32,000 nt of DNA from Telmatocola sphagniphila (GCF_018398935.1 NZ_CP074694.1:1320001-1352000); one strand, 5' to 3'; shown: positions 17,046 to 25,353, counted from the first letter of the stretch. The notes: a model not told the origin generated them from the sequence alone. Program-made: numbers and translations.

Positions 17046-17963
17046 ATGGCACACAACCACTCCCACGGTGAAAAAACCGTTTCCTTTTATGTTGATCAAC
17101 TTTTTTCGGTCGCAGCCTGCGGTCTGACGGCGATCACCGCCGTCATGCTCGTACGCGGTTCGGCTTTAGAAAGAGTCCTGGTTAAAGACTTCAGCCCCTG
17201 GGTTCTGGGAGGGGGAATTCTGCTTGCGGTTCTGGTATTCTTCCGCATGGTCGGCATCATGTTGACGGTGAACGCCACCGCTGAAAAAGACGCGGAGGAA
17301 GAAACCTCCCAGGATCGCGATCACGGACATAGCCACAGCCATTCTCACAGCCATGGCGAGGGTGAGGAATGCCAGACAGATCATGGCCACAGTCACGCTG
17401 AACATTCCCATGCTGCGGATCCCGCAGAAGATGCGGGCCATGCTGATCACGATCATGGAGCTTCTATTTGGCGATATGTTGTATTGTTACTGCCATTTAC
17501 ATTGTTTTGTCTTGATCTTCCCAAGAAGGGATTCAGTCGGGAGTACATGGATAAACAGCTTAACAACGGGCAGCAGTTGGATCCCATCGAGCGTAAGAAG
17601 GCCGTCGAAGGCAAGCCGATACAGTTGCAGTTCAACGAATTGTCCCGGGCGGCCATTTTTCCGCAGTCTCGCGATAAATTCGCGGGTCGCAAAGGGATTC
17701 TCAGGGGACAATACAACAAAATCAACGACAAAGAGTTTGCCCTCTTCAAGATGGATATCAAGTGCTGTCAGGCCGATGCGGTGCCGATTAAAGCTAGAAT
17801 TATTTGTGCGGAAGTCATCCAGAACAACTGGAAAATGGGTGAATGGGTAGAGGTCGAAGGTGAGATTCAATTCGTCCAGGTGAAAGACAAGCCGAACGAA
17901 TGGGTTCCCGTTCTCTTCCTCGACAAAGAATCTCAGATCAAGCCCACCGTTCCTGAGAACTAA
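17046..17963 (+). CDS. TIGR03943/DUF1980-like partner subunit with a His-rich loop
   Basis: 305-aa ORF. It has three TM helices and a C-terminal soluble domain with the family-typical CCQADA motif (nt 17763-17768). The His-rich N-terminus is MAHNHSHGE, and the loop DRDHGHSHSHSHSHGEGEECQTDHGHSHAEHSHAADPAEDAGHADHDHG lies between TM2 and TM3. Confidence 0.75.
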   Translation: MAHNHSHGEKTVSFYVDQLFSVAACGLTAITAVMLVRGSALERVLVKDFSPWVLGGGILLAVLVFFRMVGIMLTVNATAEKDAEEETSQDRDHGHSHSHSHSHGEGEECQTDHGHSHAEHSHAADPAEDAGHADHDHGASIWRYVVLLLPFTLFCLDLPKKGFSREYMDKQLNNGQQLDPIERKKAVEGKPIQLQFNELSRAAIFPQSRDKFAGRKGILRGQYNKINDKEFALFKMDIKCCQADAVPIKARIICAEVIQNNWKMGEWVEVEGEIQFVQVKDKPNEWVPVLFLDKESQIKPTVPEN

Positions 17964-17998
17964 ATGAGCTTCTCTGGACTTTAGCAACTGATTGCGAT

Positions 17999-18021
17999 AG
18001 GAACAACAATAGCTTGTTCCT
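17999..18021 (+). other. perfect 8-bp stem hairpin (AGGAACAA-CAATAGC-TTGTTCCT) in an 83-nt intergenic gap
   Basis: The inverted repeat was read directly. No U-tract follows (CCTCCCTGCG), so it is not a canonical intrinsic terminator. Confidence 0.4.
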
Positions 18022-18046
18022 CCTCCCTGCGCAGGATGGCCAATTT

Positions 18047-19294
18047 ATGAGAAACCGATTTGGACTTGCTTCCCTGATTTTACTTGTATCAACGAATCTC
18101 TTTGCAGCTTGCCCGTTCTGCTCCACCTCCGGAAAAACGTTCTCCGACGAAGTCCGACAGGCTCAGCTCATCCTCTTCGGCACGATGAAAAATGCCAAAA
18201 AGGATCCTAAGGAGTTCGGCAAAGGTACCACCGATCTGCATATCGAAGTTCTGATCAAAGATGATAATTACATCAAAGATCAGAAAGTCATTACCCTGCC
18301 CCGTTATCTACCGGAAACCGATCCTGATAAGCCGACCAAATGGCTGGTTTTCTGCGAAATCTATAAGGGGCAAATCGACCCTTACCGCGGCATACCGGTC
18401 AGCAATAACAGCAAAGTCGCGGAGTATCTGCAAGGAGCTCAAAAACTTCTGGATAAAGATCCCGTTACCAAACTTCAATTCTATTTCAAATATCTCGACT
18501 CGGATGAGAACGATATCGCGAACGACGCCCTGATGGAATTCGGTAACGCGGACTACAAAGATGTGCGGAATGCGGCGAAGTACTTCTCCGCCAAGTCACT
18601 GGCCAAATGGCTGACCGATGAAAATACCCATCCTTCCCGCCTGGGTTTGTACGGCTCCCTGCTGGGAGATTGCGGCGATCCGAAAATTCATTCGGAGATT
18701 TTCAAGAAAATCCTTTCTGATCCTAAAAGGCGACCTGTCACTGGCTTGGACGGAATTATCGCCGGTTATGCCATGCTGAATCCGAAAGAAGGCATCCAAT
18801 TCCTTCAGAAACTTTTCTACGATCAAAAACAGCAGACGCTGGCAACCGGATTATTCCCGTCCGCGGTGAGTGGGGTTTGGGATGAAAAGAATCCTGGGCG
18901 GGAAGAATTCCTCACCCGTTATGCGGGGCTGCGAGCTGTCCGATTTTTTGCACTCTACCGCCCCGATCTGCTCAATAAGAAGCAGACCATCGAGCTTCTG
19001 ATGCCGTTGTTGTTCGAAGACGACATTTGCGACCTAGTGATGGACGATTTCCGAAAAATGGAATGCTGGGAGTACGCGGATGCGATTCTTCGGCTGTACG
19101 AGAACCCGCTCTTCGTTTCCACGGCGGTAGTTCGGCGAGCAATTATCCGCTTTGCCTTAAAAGTACCGAATAATCCAAAGGCTGTGTCGTTTATCAAGGC
19201 ACGCCGGGCAGAAGACGCCGATCTGGTACAAAGCGTGGAAGAGCTTCTGGATCAGGAAAAACCGGCGGCTTCCGCCCCGGAAGTAAAGAAATAA
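18047..19294 (+). CDS. secreted or lipid-anchored hypothetical protein with an N-terminal CPFC motif and a helical-repeat-like body
   Basis: The start is placed at ATG 18047 (MRNRFGLASLILLVSTNLFAACPFCS), a signal peptide ending in a lipobox-like FAAC. The ORF-track start at 18014 is TTG. The remaining ~390 aa are helix-rich (HEAT/ARM-like by eye). No catalytic motif was recognised. Confidence 0.6.
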   Translation: MRNRFGLASLILLVSTNLFAACPFCSTSGKTFSDEVRQAQLILFGTMKNAKKDPKEFGKGTTDLHIEVLIKDDNYIKDQKVITLPRYLPETDPDKPTKWLVFCEIYKGQIDPYRGIPVSNNSKVAEYLQGAQKLLDKDPVTKLQFYFKYLDSDENDIANDALMEFGNADYKDVRNAAKYFSAKSLAKWLTDENTHPSRLGLYGSLLGDCGDPKIHSEIFKKILSDPKRRPVTGLDGIIAGYAMLNPKEGIQFLQKLFYDQKQQTLATGLFPSAVSGVWDEKNPGREEFLTRYAGLRAVRFFALYRPDLLNKKQTIELLMPLLFEDDICDLVMDDFRKMECWEYADAILRLYENPLFVSTAVVRRAIIRFALKVPNNPKAVSFIKARRAEDADLVQSVEELLDQEKPAASAPEVKK

Positions 19295-19312
19295 ATTGGC
19301 GTGACGTGAAAT

Positions 19313-19347
19313 AAAAAGCTCTCCGCTTTATCGGAGGGCTTTTTTTA
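19313..19347. terminator. bidirectional Rho-independent terminator between convergent genes
   Basis: The sequence is AAAAAGCTCTCCG-CTTTAT-CGGAGGGCTTTTTTT. The 9-bp stem (one G-U pair) is 19317-19325/19332-19340, with an A-run upstream and a 7-T run downstream. It overlaps the ltaE stop codon. Confidence 0.7.
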
Positions 19348-20397
19348 TGCGCTCACCGGGACAGGCTTTGGAGCCAGGCTCCTTAGGACTTTGGCCGTGT
19401 GAATCACCTGATCCCGGGAAATATCGAGATGGGTGCAGGCTCGTAATGTATTCGGCCCCATTTGGGAGACCCAAACCCCCTGCTCTTTCAGTTTCTCAAA
19501 CGCAACTTTGCCGCCGCCCAGGGAATCGGATACTTCGAACCAAACCAGATTCGTTTCTACTTTCGGATATTCGAGTTTCAGCCCCGGTGTGGCATTGATC
19601 GCCTCCACAAGAATTTGGGCATTTTTGTGATCTTCTTCGAGTCTGTGGAAATTATTATCCAGTGCGTAAATCGCCGCAGCGGCTATGATGCCCGCTTGCC
19701 GCATGCCCCCGCCGAATAGTTTGCGGATTCGCTTGGATTTGGCGACGAATTCCTTACTGCCTAACAACATGGACCCGATCGGTGTTCCCATGCCTTTGCT
19801 GAAGCAGACCGACAGGGTGTCGAAATGGCTGGCCCAGGTTTTGCCGCTGATGCCGGAGGCAATGATCGCATTCCAGATCCGGGCGCCGTCCAGATGTCGC
19901 GCCAGTCCATTAGCGACCGCCCACTGGGATATCGCTTCAATTTTTTCGATTGGGTAGACCCGGCCGCCGCCGCGGTTATGAGTATTCTCCAAACAGACTA
20001 ACCGGGTGCGGACATAATGATCGTTGGCCGGGCGAATTTTCCCTTCGAGCTGGGCTAAATCCAGGATGCCGTAATCCCCATCGAGGGTTCGGCAGCTCAC
20101 TCCCGAGAGGACCGCTGGGCCGCCCGCTTCCCACGTGTAGATATGGCAGGTGGTTTCGCAAAGCAGCTCATCGCCCGGTTGAGTATGGGCTTTCACGCAA
20201 ATCTGATTGGACATGGTTCCGGAAGGAACCAGCAGTCCCGCTTCCTTGCCGAACAGCTCGGCCACGCGTTCCTGCAGTTTGTTGATGGTTGGGTCTTCGC
20301 CGAAGACGTCGTCTCCCACCTCAGCGTTAGCCATGGCGGCTCGCATTCCGGGGGTCGGCTTAGTGGCGGTATCGGAGCGCAGGTCAATCTTGTTCAT
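19345..20397 (-). CDS. ltaE: low-specificity L-threonine aldolase
   Basis: The 350-aa ORF is collinear with E. coli LtaE as I recall it: [54 protein letters not shown], and [11 protein letters not shown] containing the PLP lysine. Confidence 0.88.
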   Translation of the reverse strand: MNKIDLRSDTATKPTPGMRAAMANAEVGDDVFGEDPTINKLQERVAELFGKEAGLLVPSGTMSNQICVKAHTQPGDELLCETTCHIYTWEAGGPAVLSGVSCRTLDGDYGILDLAQLEGKIRPANDHYVRTRLVCLENTHNRGGGRVYPIEKIEAISQWAVANGLARHLDGARIWNAIIASGISGKTWASHFDTLSVCFSKGMGTPIGSMLLGSKEFVAKSKRIRKLFGGGMRQAGIIAAAAIYALDNNFHRLEEDHKNAQILVEAINATPGLKLEYPKVETNLVWFEVSDSLGGGKVAFEKLKEQGVWVSQMGPNTLRACTHLDISRDQVIHTAKVLRSLAPKPVPVSA

Positions 20398-20420
20398 GCC
20401 ATTTTTGTATGAAAAATGGC
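20398..20420 (-). promoter_or_regulatory. perfect 9-bp stem hairpin directly abutting the ltaE start codon
   Basis: On the minus strand the sequence is GCCAUUUUU-CAUAC-AAAAAUGGC, immediately followed by AUG (20397). It lies 32 nt downstream of the stop of the preceding co-oriented gene. Confidence 0.45.
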
Positions 20421-20452
20421 TTCTGCGATCTGCTTGAAGTGCTTTCGAATTT

Positions 20453-20917
20453 CTATTTTTTCTCGGTCCGTTCGTTGCGAATGAACCAGCGCTGACCGAT
20501 TTTCACCACGAAGATTTTGCGATCTTTGAAATCCTTCTGGGAAAACATGGCCACGTCCCCCTGCTCGGCCAATTCCCCTTCTCGGGCGATAATCCGAATG
20601 GATCGGTACAGGTCGGGATCCTCTTTCAGTTTGGCCTTGGCGACTTCGACTAATTCGGAGAAGCTGGCATTAGAGTTGCGCATCCGTGACTCTATGAAAC
20701 TGGGATCGGTCAGATGTGCGAGCAGATACTCTACTCTCCCCTGCTGTAATGCCTTGACTACCGAATTGAGCAGTTCCTTGGGTTCGGATTGCGGATAGAG
20801 TTCAACGTTCGGCAATACTCCGAATCGGGTCTGTACGATCTCTTTCTCTTTTTTCTCCTGGGCAGCAAGAGGAAGACTCGCCAGTACAAGCATTATTATC
20901 GTTGCGACTGATCGCAT
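20453..20917 (-). CDS. small secreted hypothetical protein
   Basis: The start is taken at the internal ATG (complement of 20915-20917), giving the signal peptide [26 protein letters not shown]. About 154 aa with no recognisable family. Confidence 0.5.
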   Translation of the reverse strand: MRSVATIIMLVLASLPLAAQEKKEKEIVQTRFGVLPNVELYPQSEPKELLNSVVKALQQGRVEYLLAHLTDPSFIESRMRNSNASFSELVEVAKAKLKEDPDLYRSIRIIAREGELAEQGDVAMFSQKDFKDRKIFVVKIGQRWFIRNERTEKK

Positions 20918-21023
20918 AGGAATTCTTCTCCCAGCTTCTCCGCCTGCACGGAGATCCAAATATCGAACCTAGCCTGCTAAAAATATCGTCCACCTACCCT
21001 GTTGAACGCGATAGAATTGCAGA

Positions 21024-22118
21024 ATGGCTGCGAATACATTTGGCGAACAGTTTCGGGTTACAACGGCCGGGGTAAGTCACGGGCCTGGTTATGTGGCTAT
21101 CGTAGATGGCTGCCCGGCTGGACTGCCTCTTTCCGTCGAAGATTTGCTTCCCGACCTGGAACGGCGGCGACCCGGACAATCGAAAATCGTCACTCAACGC
21201 GACGAAAGCGACCGGCCGGAAATTCTTTCGGGGATCTTCGAAGGAAAAACCGATGGCACCCCCATCGGGATCCTGTTTCGAAACGAAGACCAGAAGAGCA
21301 GGGATTACTCGGATATCGTCGATAAATATCGTCCGGGACATGCCGATTTTACCTTTGATGCTAAGTTCGGCTTTCGGGACCATCGGGGTGGTGGCCGGAG
21401 CAGTGCCCGGGAGACGATCTGTCGTGTGGCCGCTGGCGCCATCGCGAAGAAAATTTTAGCCCTGAAAAATATCCGGATCGTTGGTTATGTGAAACAGGTC
21501 GGCCCCATCCAGGCTGAGATTCCCGATCCCACGGCGGTAACTCTGGAGCAAGTGGAGGCTAATCCCGTGCGCTGTCCTGTTTCAGAAACGGCCACGAAGA
21601 TGATCGAACTCATCGAAGCGGTTCGTAAGGATCGCGATTCGATTGGTGGCATCTGCGAGTTAGTCGCGGTGAACGTTCCGGCGGGACTGGGAGAACCGGT
21701 TTTCGATAAGTTAAAAGCTGATCTGGGGAAGGCTCTACTTTCTCTTCCGGCCGTTACCGCTTTCGAATACGGTAACGGCTTCGCGAGTGCTCTGCTTCGA
21801 GGGAGCGAGAATAACGATATCTTCGTCAAAAAGAACGATCGGATAGGTACATCCTCGAATCGTCACGGCGGTATTCTTGGTGGCATCAGTTCCGGGGAGC
21901 CGATAGTGGTTCGCGTAGCCATTAAACCGACGAGCAGTCTTTCCCGGAATCAGCCTACGGTTGACAAGCAGGGAGAAGCGACCGAGATTCTGACTCGGGG
22001 GCGACATGATCCCTGCTTGTTGCCTCGGTTTGTTCCGATGGGGGAGGCTATGATCGCACTGGTTCTCGTGGACCATCTCCTGCGACAACAAACAAAACGG
22101 ATCGAGAGCTTGGATTGA
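21024..22118 (+). CDS. aroC: chorismate synthase
   Basis: The 364-aa ORF carries FGEQFRVTTAGVSHGPG, RRRPGQS, SGIFEGKTDGTPI, YRPGHADFT and RGGGRSSARET, all classic AroC signatures. Confidence 0.95.
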   Translation: MAANTFGEQFRVTTAGVSHGPGYVAIVDGCPAGLPLSVEDLLPDLERRRPGQSKIVTQRDESDRPEILSGIFEGKTDGTPIGILFRNEDQKSRDYSDIVDKYRPGHADFTFDAKFGFRDHRGGGRSSARETICRVAAGAIAKKILALKNIRIVGYVKQVGPIQAEIPDPTAVTLEQVEANPVRCPVSETATKMIELIEAVRKDRDSIGGICELVAVNVPAGLGEPVFDKLKADLGKALLSLPAVTAFEYGNGFASALLRGSENNDIFVKKNDRIGTSSNRHGGILGGISSGEPIVVRVAIKPTSSLSRNQPTVDKQGEATEILTRGRHDPCLLPRFVPMGEAMIALVLVDHLLRQQTKRIESLD

Positions 22119-22126
22119 GGCCAGGT

Positions 22127-22705
22127 ATGACCGCTGCGAAAAAAATCAGGATATCCGTTCAGGAATATTTGGATCAGGAAGAAAAAACTCTTTCGAAGAA
22201 TGAGTTTATCGAAGGTCGACTTGTCGCGACGGCCGGTTCGAGTCCAACTCATAACCTCATCGCTGTCAATTGTGCTTCGGTGGCCTGGTTTGCTCTAAAA
22301 AACAAAAACTGCAGAGTTTTCAACAGCGATCAGAGGGTGAAATCCAAATCAGGTCATGCTTTCGTCTATCCGGATATCAGTATCGTTTGCGGCACTCCGG
22401 AATTGGATTCGCGTGGGAATTTATCGAATCCGAAAGTGATTTTCGAAGTGCTATCCGATTCGACGGAGAAACATGACCGTTCCTAGAAATTCGATATCTA
22501 CAGCCAACTGGAATCGCTCGAACAGTATCTTCTGATACATCAGGATCAACCGCGACTGGAGATCTTTACCAAGCGGCAAAATTCACTGTGGTCTTTTAGC
22601 TTGATTACAGATCTCCTCCAGCACGTATTACTGGAGAGTCTCGAAGTCGCATTGCCAATGTCCGAGATCTATCAGAAAGTGGAATTTCTGACAGATCTCG
22701 CATGA
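22127..22705 (+). pseudogene. Uma2-family (DUF820, PD-(D/E)xK) endonuclease gene interrupted by one in-frame TAG
   Basis: The frame is open from ATG 22127 to TAG at 22484-22486. The same frame then continues KFDIYSQLESLEQYLLIHQDQPRLEIF... to TGA at 22703-22705. The joined sequence YPDISIVCG...VIFEVLSDSTEKHDRS*KFDIYSQLESLEQYLLI matches the Uma2 pattern (PD...EVLSPST..yDRg.Kf..Y...p.l.EYllv). Confidence 0.8.
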
Positions 22706-22712
22706 GTTCTCC

Positions 22713-24320
22713 TTAACTTACGCTTCTCAGAGCTTTGCGAATTTCGGCTTCTACTTCGGTGATCGGAATTCTCCGCTGTTGAAGCGTATCCCGGTCTCGG
22801 ATAGTCACCGAGTCATTCTGCAGAGTTTCTCCATCGATGGTGATACAGAACGGCGTGCCAATCTCATCCTGACGGCGATAACGGCGGCCCACTGCTCCGG
22901 AATCGTCGTACTCGACTTTAAAGCACTGCTTGAGTTCGCGATAGAGTTTCTCGGCTTTCTCCGGCATGCCATCCTTCTTAACCAACGGCAGAATCGCGGC
23001 CTTGACCGGAGCCAGCCGGGGATGGAATTTCATTACCAGACGCTCTTCCAAGTTGCCCTTAGAGTCCGGTTGCTTATCTTCGGTGTAGGCTTCGCAAAGC
23101 ACCGCAAGCGTGAATCGATCCGCGCCGGCACTCGGCTCGATGACGTGTGGGACATACTGGTATTTTTCAATCTCTTCTGCGGCGGGATTGCCCTTCAGCC
23201 ATTCCTTGAAGCTGTTGGTTTTCCGACCGGCCGCATCCTTGCTCCATGCTTCTTCATCGAAGTAAGAGAGATCCTTGCCGCTATGCTTCATGTGAGCATT
23301 GAGGTCGAATGCTCCTCGGTGCGCTACCCCTTCCAACTCTTGAGGTTCCTCACTGAAGGGGAACATATATTCGATGTCGGTAGTCCCAATCGAATAATGG
23401 GCTAACTCCTCTTTACCCTGCTCCCGGGGTTTGAGGTTGCCGGATTTAATGCCAAGCGTGGAATACCACTTCTTTCGCAGATCCCGCCAGTACTCGTACC
23501 ATTTCATCGATTCGGAAGGATGGCAGAAGAACTCGATCTCCATCTGCTCGAATTCGCGGGAACGAAACGTGTAGTTTCGCGGGTTGATTTCATTCCGGAA
23601 AGCTTTTCCAATTTGAGCCATACCGAACGGCAATTTCACTCGGGAACTATCGAGGACGTTCTTGAAATTTACGAACATCCCTTGGGCAGTTTCGGGACGA
23701 AGGTAAACTTTGTTAGCGTCGTCCTTGATCGCACCAGCATGACTCTCAAACATCAAATTGAATGCGCGGGGCTCGGTGAGCATGCCTTCTTCATCACAAG
23801 TTGGACAACGGAATTTCATTCTTCCCTCTTCGTTTAAATCGCCGAATGCTATGGGCTTAGGCCAAACATCGATAACTCCATTTGCCTTCTGCCATCTCTC
23901 AAGCTTTTTTGCATTTAATTCAAGGATTTGTTGAGGACTCCCAAGTCCCGAGATTAAAGTTTTTTCCCCATTTGGGAAAATAATTGTGAATGATAAAAGA
24001 TGATCTGCTCTAAATCTTCCTCGGCAAGCTTTGCAATCAACCATGGGATCGGAAAACCCGCCGACATGCCCAGAAGCCTCCCACACTTTAGGGTTCATAA
24101 TTTGAGCGCAATCCAGACCCACCATCGTAATTTCCTGGCCGTCCGGGCCCGGCGGCGGGTTGCGGACCATGTCCTGCCACCAGGCGTCCTTAATATTCTT
24201 CTTCAGTTCGCAGCCCAGCGGACCATAATCCCAGAAGCCGTTGATCCCGCCGTAGATTTCGCTGGATTGAAAGATGAATCCCCGCCGACGGCAAAGGGCG
24301 ACCAGTTTCTCCATGTCCAT
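22713..24320 (-). CDS. glyQS: glycine--tRNA ligase (dimeric GlyQS type)
   Basis: It carries MEKLVALCRRRGFIFQSSEIYGGINGFWDYGPLG, TEPRAFNLMF, the class-II motifs, and a C-terminal anticodon-binding region. The start is placed at ATG 24320 (AGGAAG 7 nt upstream). The track start at 24344 is TTG, and ATG 24314 is also possible. Confidence 0.93.
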   Translation of the reverse strand: MDMEKLVALCRRRGFIFQSSEIYGGINGFWDYGPLGCELKKNIKDAWWQDMVRNPPPGPDGQEITMVGLDCAQIMNPKVWEASGHVGGFSDPMVDCKACRGRFRADHLLSFTIIFPNGEKTLISGLGSPQQILELNAKKLERWQKANGVIDVWPKPIAFGDLNEEGRMKFRCPTCDEEGMLTEPRAFNLMFESHAGAIKDDANKVYLRPETAQGMFVNFKNVLDSSRVKLPFGMAQIGKAFRNEINPRNYTFRSREFEQMEIEFFCHPSESMKWYEYWRDLRKKWYSTLGIKSGNLKPREQGKEELAHYSIGTTDIEYMFPFSEEPQELEGVAHRGAFDLNAHMKHSGKDLSYFDEEAWSKDAAGRKTNSFKEWLKGNPAAEEIEKYQYVPHVIEPSAGADRFTLAVLCEAYTEDKQPDSKGNLEERLVMKFHPRLAPVKAAILPLVKKDGMPEKAEKLYRELKQCFKVEYDDSGAVGRRYRRQDEIGTPFCITIDGETLQNDSVTIRDRDTLQQRRIPITEVEAEIRKALRSVS

Positions 24321-24366
24321 GAGCAGTCTTCCTGTGTGTTCCAATTATCTCAGGTCATGATACGTT

Positions 24367-25353
24367 TCACTTCGAGAACATCCAGCGCGTGAGCGTGATG
24401 CCTAGTATCAAAAGAGAGGCGGCCCGCCAGAGAAGTTCGGGCTCCCAAAGTGTCTGGCGAATGCGCCTCCGGAACTTGGATCTCGCCCGCCGCTTTTGCC
24501 GTAAACGTTGGTATTCGATCTCTTCCGCCTGCAGTTGTCCTTCGAGCGTTCTCAGAGTTTGGGTGATATCGCGGTTGATATCCTGCAACTGGTTGGCGAC
24601 CAGATAGTCCAACGAGGGAAACCGGGAGAGAATTTTGGTAATGGACAATAAGCGATCGCCCTGCCCCGCCCATTCGATCTGCGGCCAAAAGGGATGAGTC
24701 CATGCCTGATTGATCTGCGTGCACGTATACTGCAGCATGCGGGTTTGCTTCTCTTCGAAGCTCCGACGGGCCGACAGTTGAAGCATCGCCTGAAACTGCC
24801 GGAGTAGTCGAATTAGTCGACGTAAGAAGCTTCTTTTCTGACAAGGTAATCGCCGCGGATCTTTTGGAGCGTTGTCTATTCTCTGCAATGCGACCGAGGC
24901 CGCATTTTCAACTTGATCGAACGCCGTCTGAACCTGGCGCGCAACCAGCAGCGAATCTTCTTGGGTCAGATCGATTTCATGACTAATCTGGCTCTGAGAT
25001 TCTGTGACGAGTTTGGCGATGGGTAGATTCGAGGGTTTCGGTGTCTCCTTGGGGGCTTCCGGTCTGCGTAAACCGAGTGATCTTTCATATTTTGTGCGCT
25101 GGGCGGAATCACAGAGGCAGACCATAGCCTGGGCAAGCAGGTTCATACCCTCTGTGACTTGCTCGGGGTACTTAAGTTGATAGTTGCGAAGGAGTTCCAT
25201 TCTCTCGAAGACTCTAGCTTCAATATCCGCGGCTGTTCCTTCCCCGATTTCCAGTCCCACCAGACGAAAATAGTCGGGCGGCCAGGGGGTCGTCGAGATC
25301 TTCAGCCATTTTGCGAGCGGGGTGACATCCATACCTTCGCTATTTTCTCCCAT
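24367..25353 (-). CDS. tail-anchored hypothetical protein with an N-terminal J-domain-like (no HPD) module
   Basis: 328-aa ORF. DYFRLVGLEIGEGTAADIEARVFERMELLRNYQLKYPEQVTEGMNLLAQAMVCLCDSAQRTKYERSLGL resembles a J-domain helix pattern but has no HPD tripeptide. There is a basic coiled region and one C-terminal TM helix (LLWRAASLLILGITLTRW). ATG 25332 is an alternative start. Confidence 0.5.
   Translation of the reverse strand: MGENSEGMDVTPLAKWLKISTTPWPPDYFRLVGLEIGEGTAADIEARVFERMELLRNYQLKYPEQVTEGMNLLAQAMVCLCDSAQRTKYERSLGLRRPEAPKETPKPSNLPIAKLVTESQSQISHEIDLTQEDSLLVARQVQTAFDQVENAASVALQRIDNAPKDPRRLPCQKRSFLRRLIRLLRQFQAMLQLSARRSFEEKQTRMLQYTCTQINQAWTHPFWPQIEWAGQGDRLLSITKILSRFPSLDYLVANQLQDINRDITQTLRTLEGQLQAEEIEYQRLRQKRRARSKFRRRIRQTLWEPELLWRAASLLILGITLTRWMFSK

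Noticed and set aside
20994-21383. A 129-aa minus-strand ORF upstream of and overlapping aroC, plus other antisense ORFs of 60-200 aa throughout the track (for example 12817-13428, 14519-15058, 16025-16642 and 17487-17987).
   Set aside because: Each lies antisense to, or out of frame within, a gene with strong family motifs. None has a recognisable motif or plausible start context.
22234-22244. GGTTCGAGTCC, the classic tRNA T-arm/T-loop consensus string, raised the possibility of a hidden tRNA or tRNA-like element.
   Set aside because: The flanking bases cannot form the 5-bp T-stem (GCCGG vs CCAAC), and no acceptor or anticodon arms can be drawn. The string lies in-frame inside the Uma2 ORF, encoding AGSSPT. 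It is a coincidental match.
23880-24010. An AT-rich patch inside glyQS encodes an extra segment (LLSFTIIFPNGEKTLISGLGSPQQILELNAKKLERW) between the two Cys-containing motifs. I considered an inserted foreign element or intein-like insert.
   Set aside because: Dimeric GlyRS enzymes naturally carry a variable insertion at exactly this position between CxxC...RADH and CPxC...FNLMF. The frame is uninterrupted, and there are no intein splice motifs or flanking repeats.
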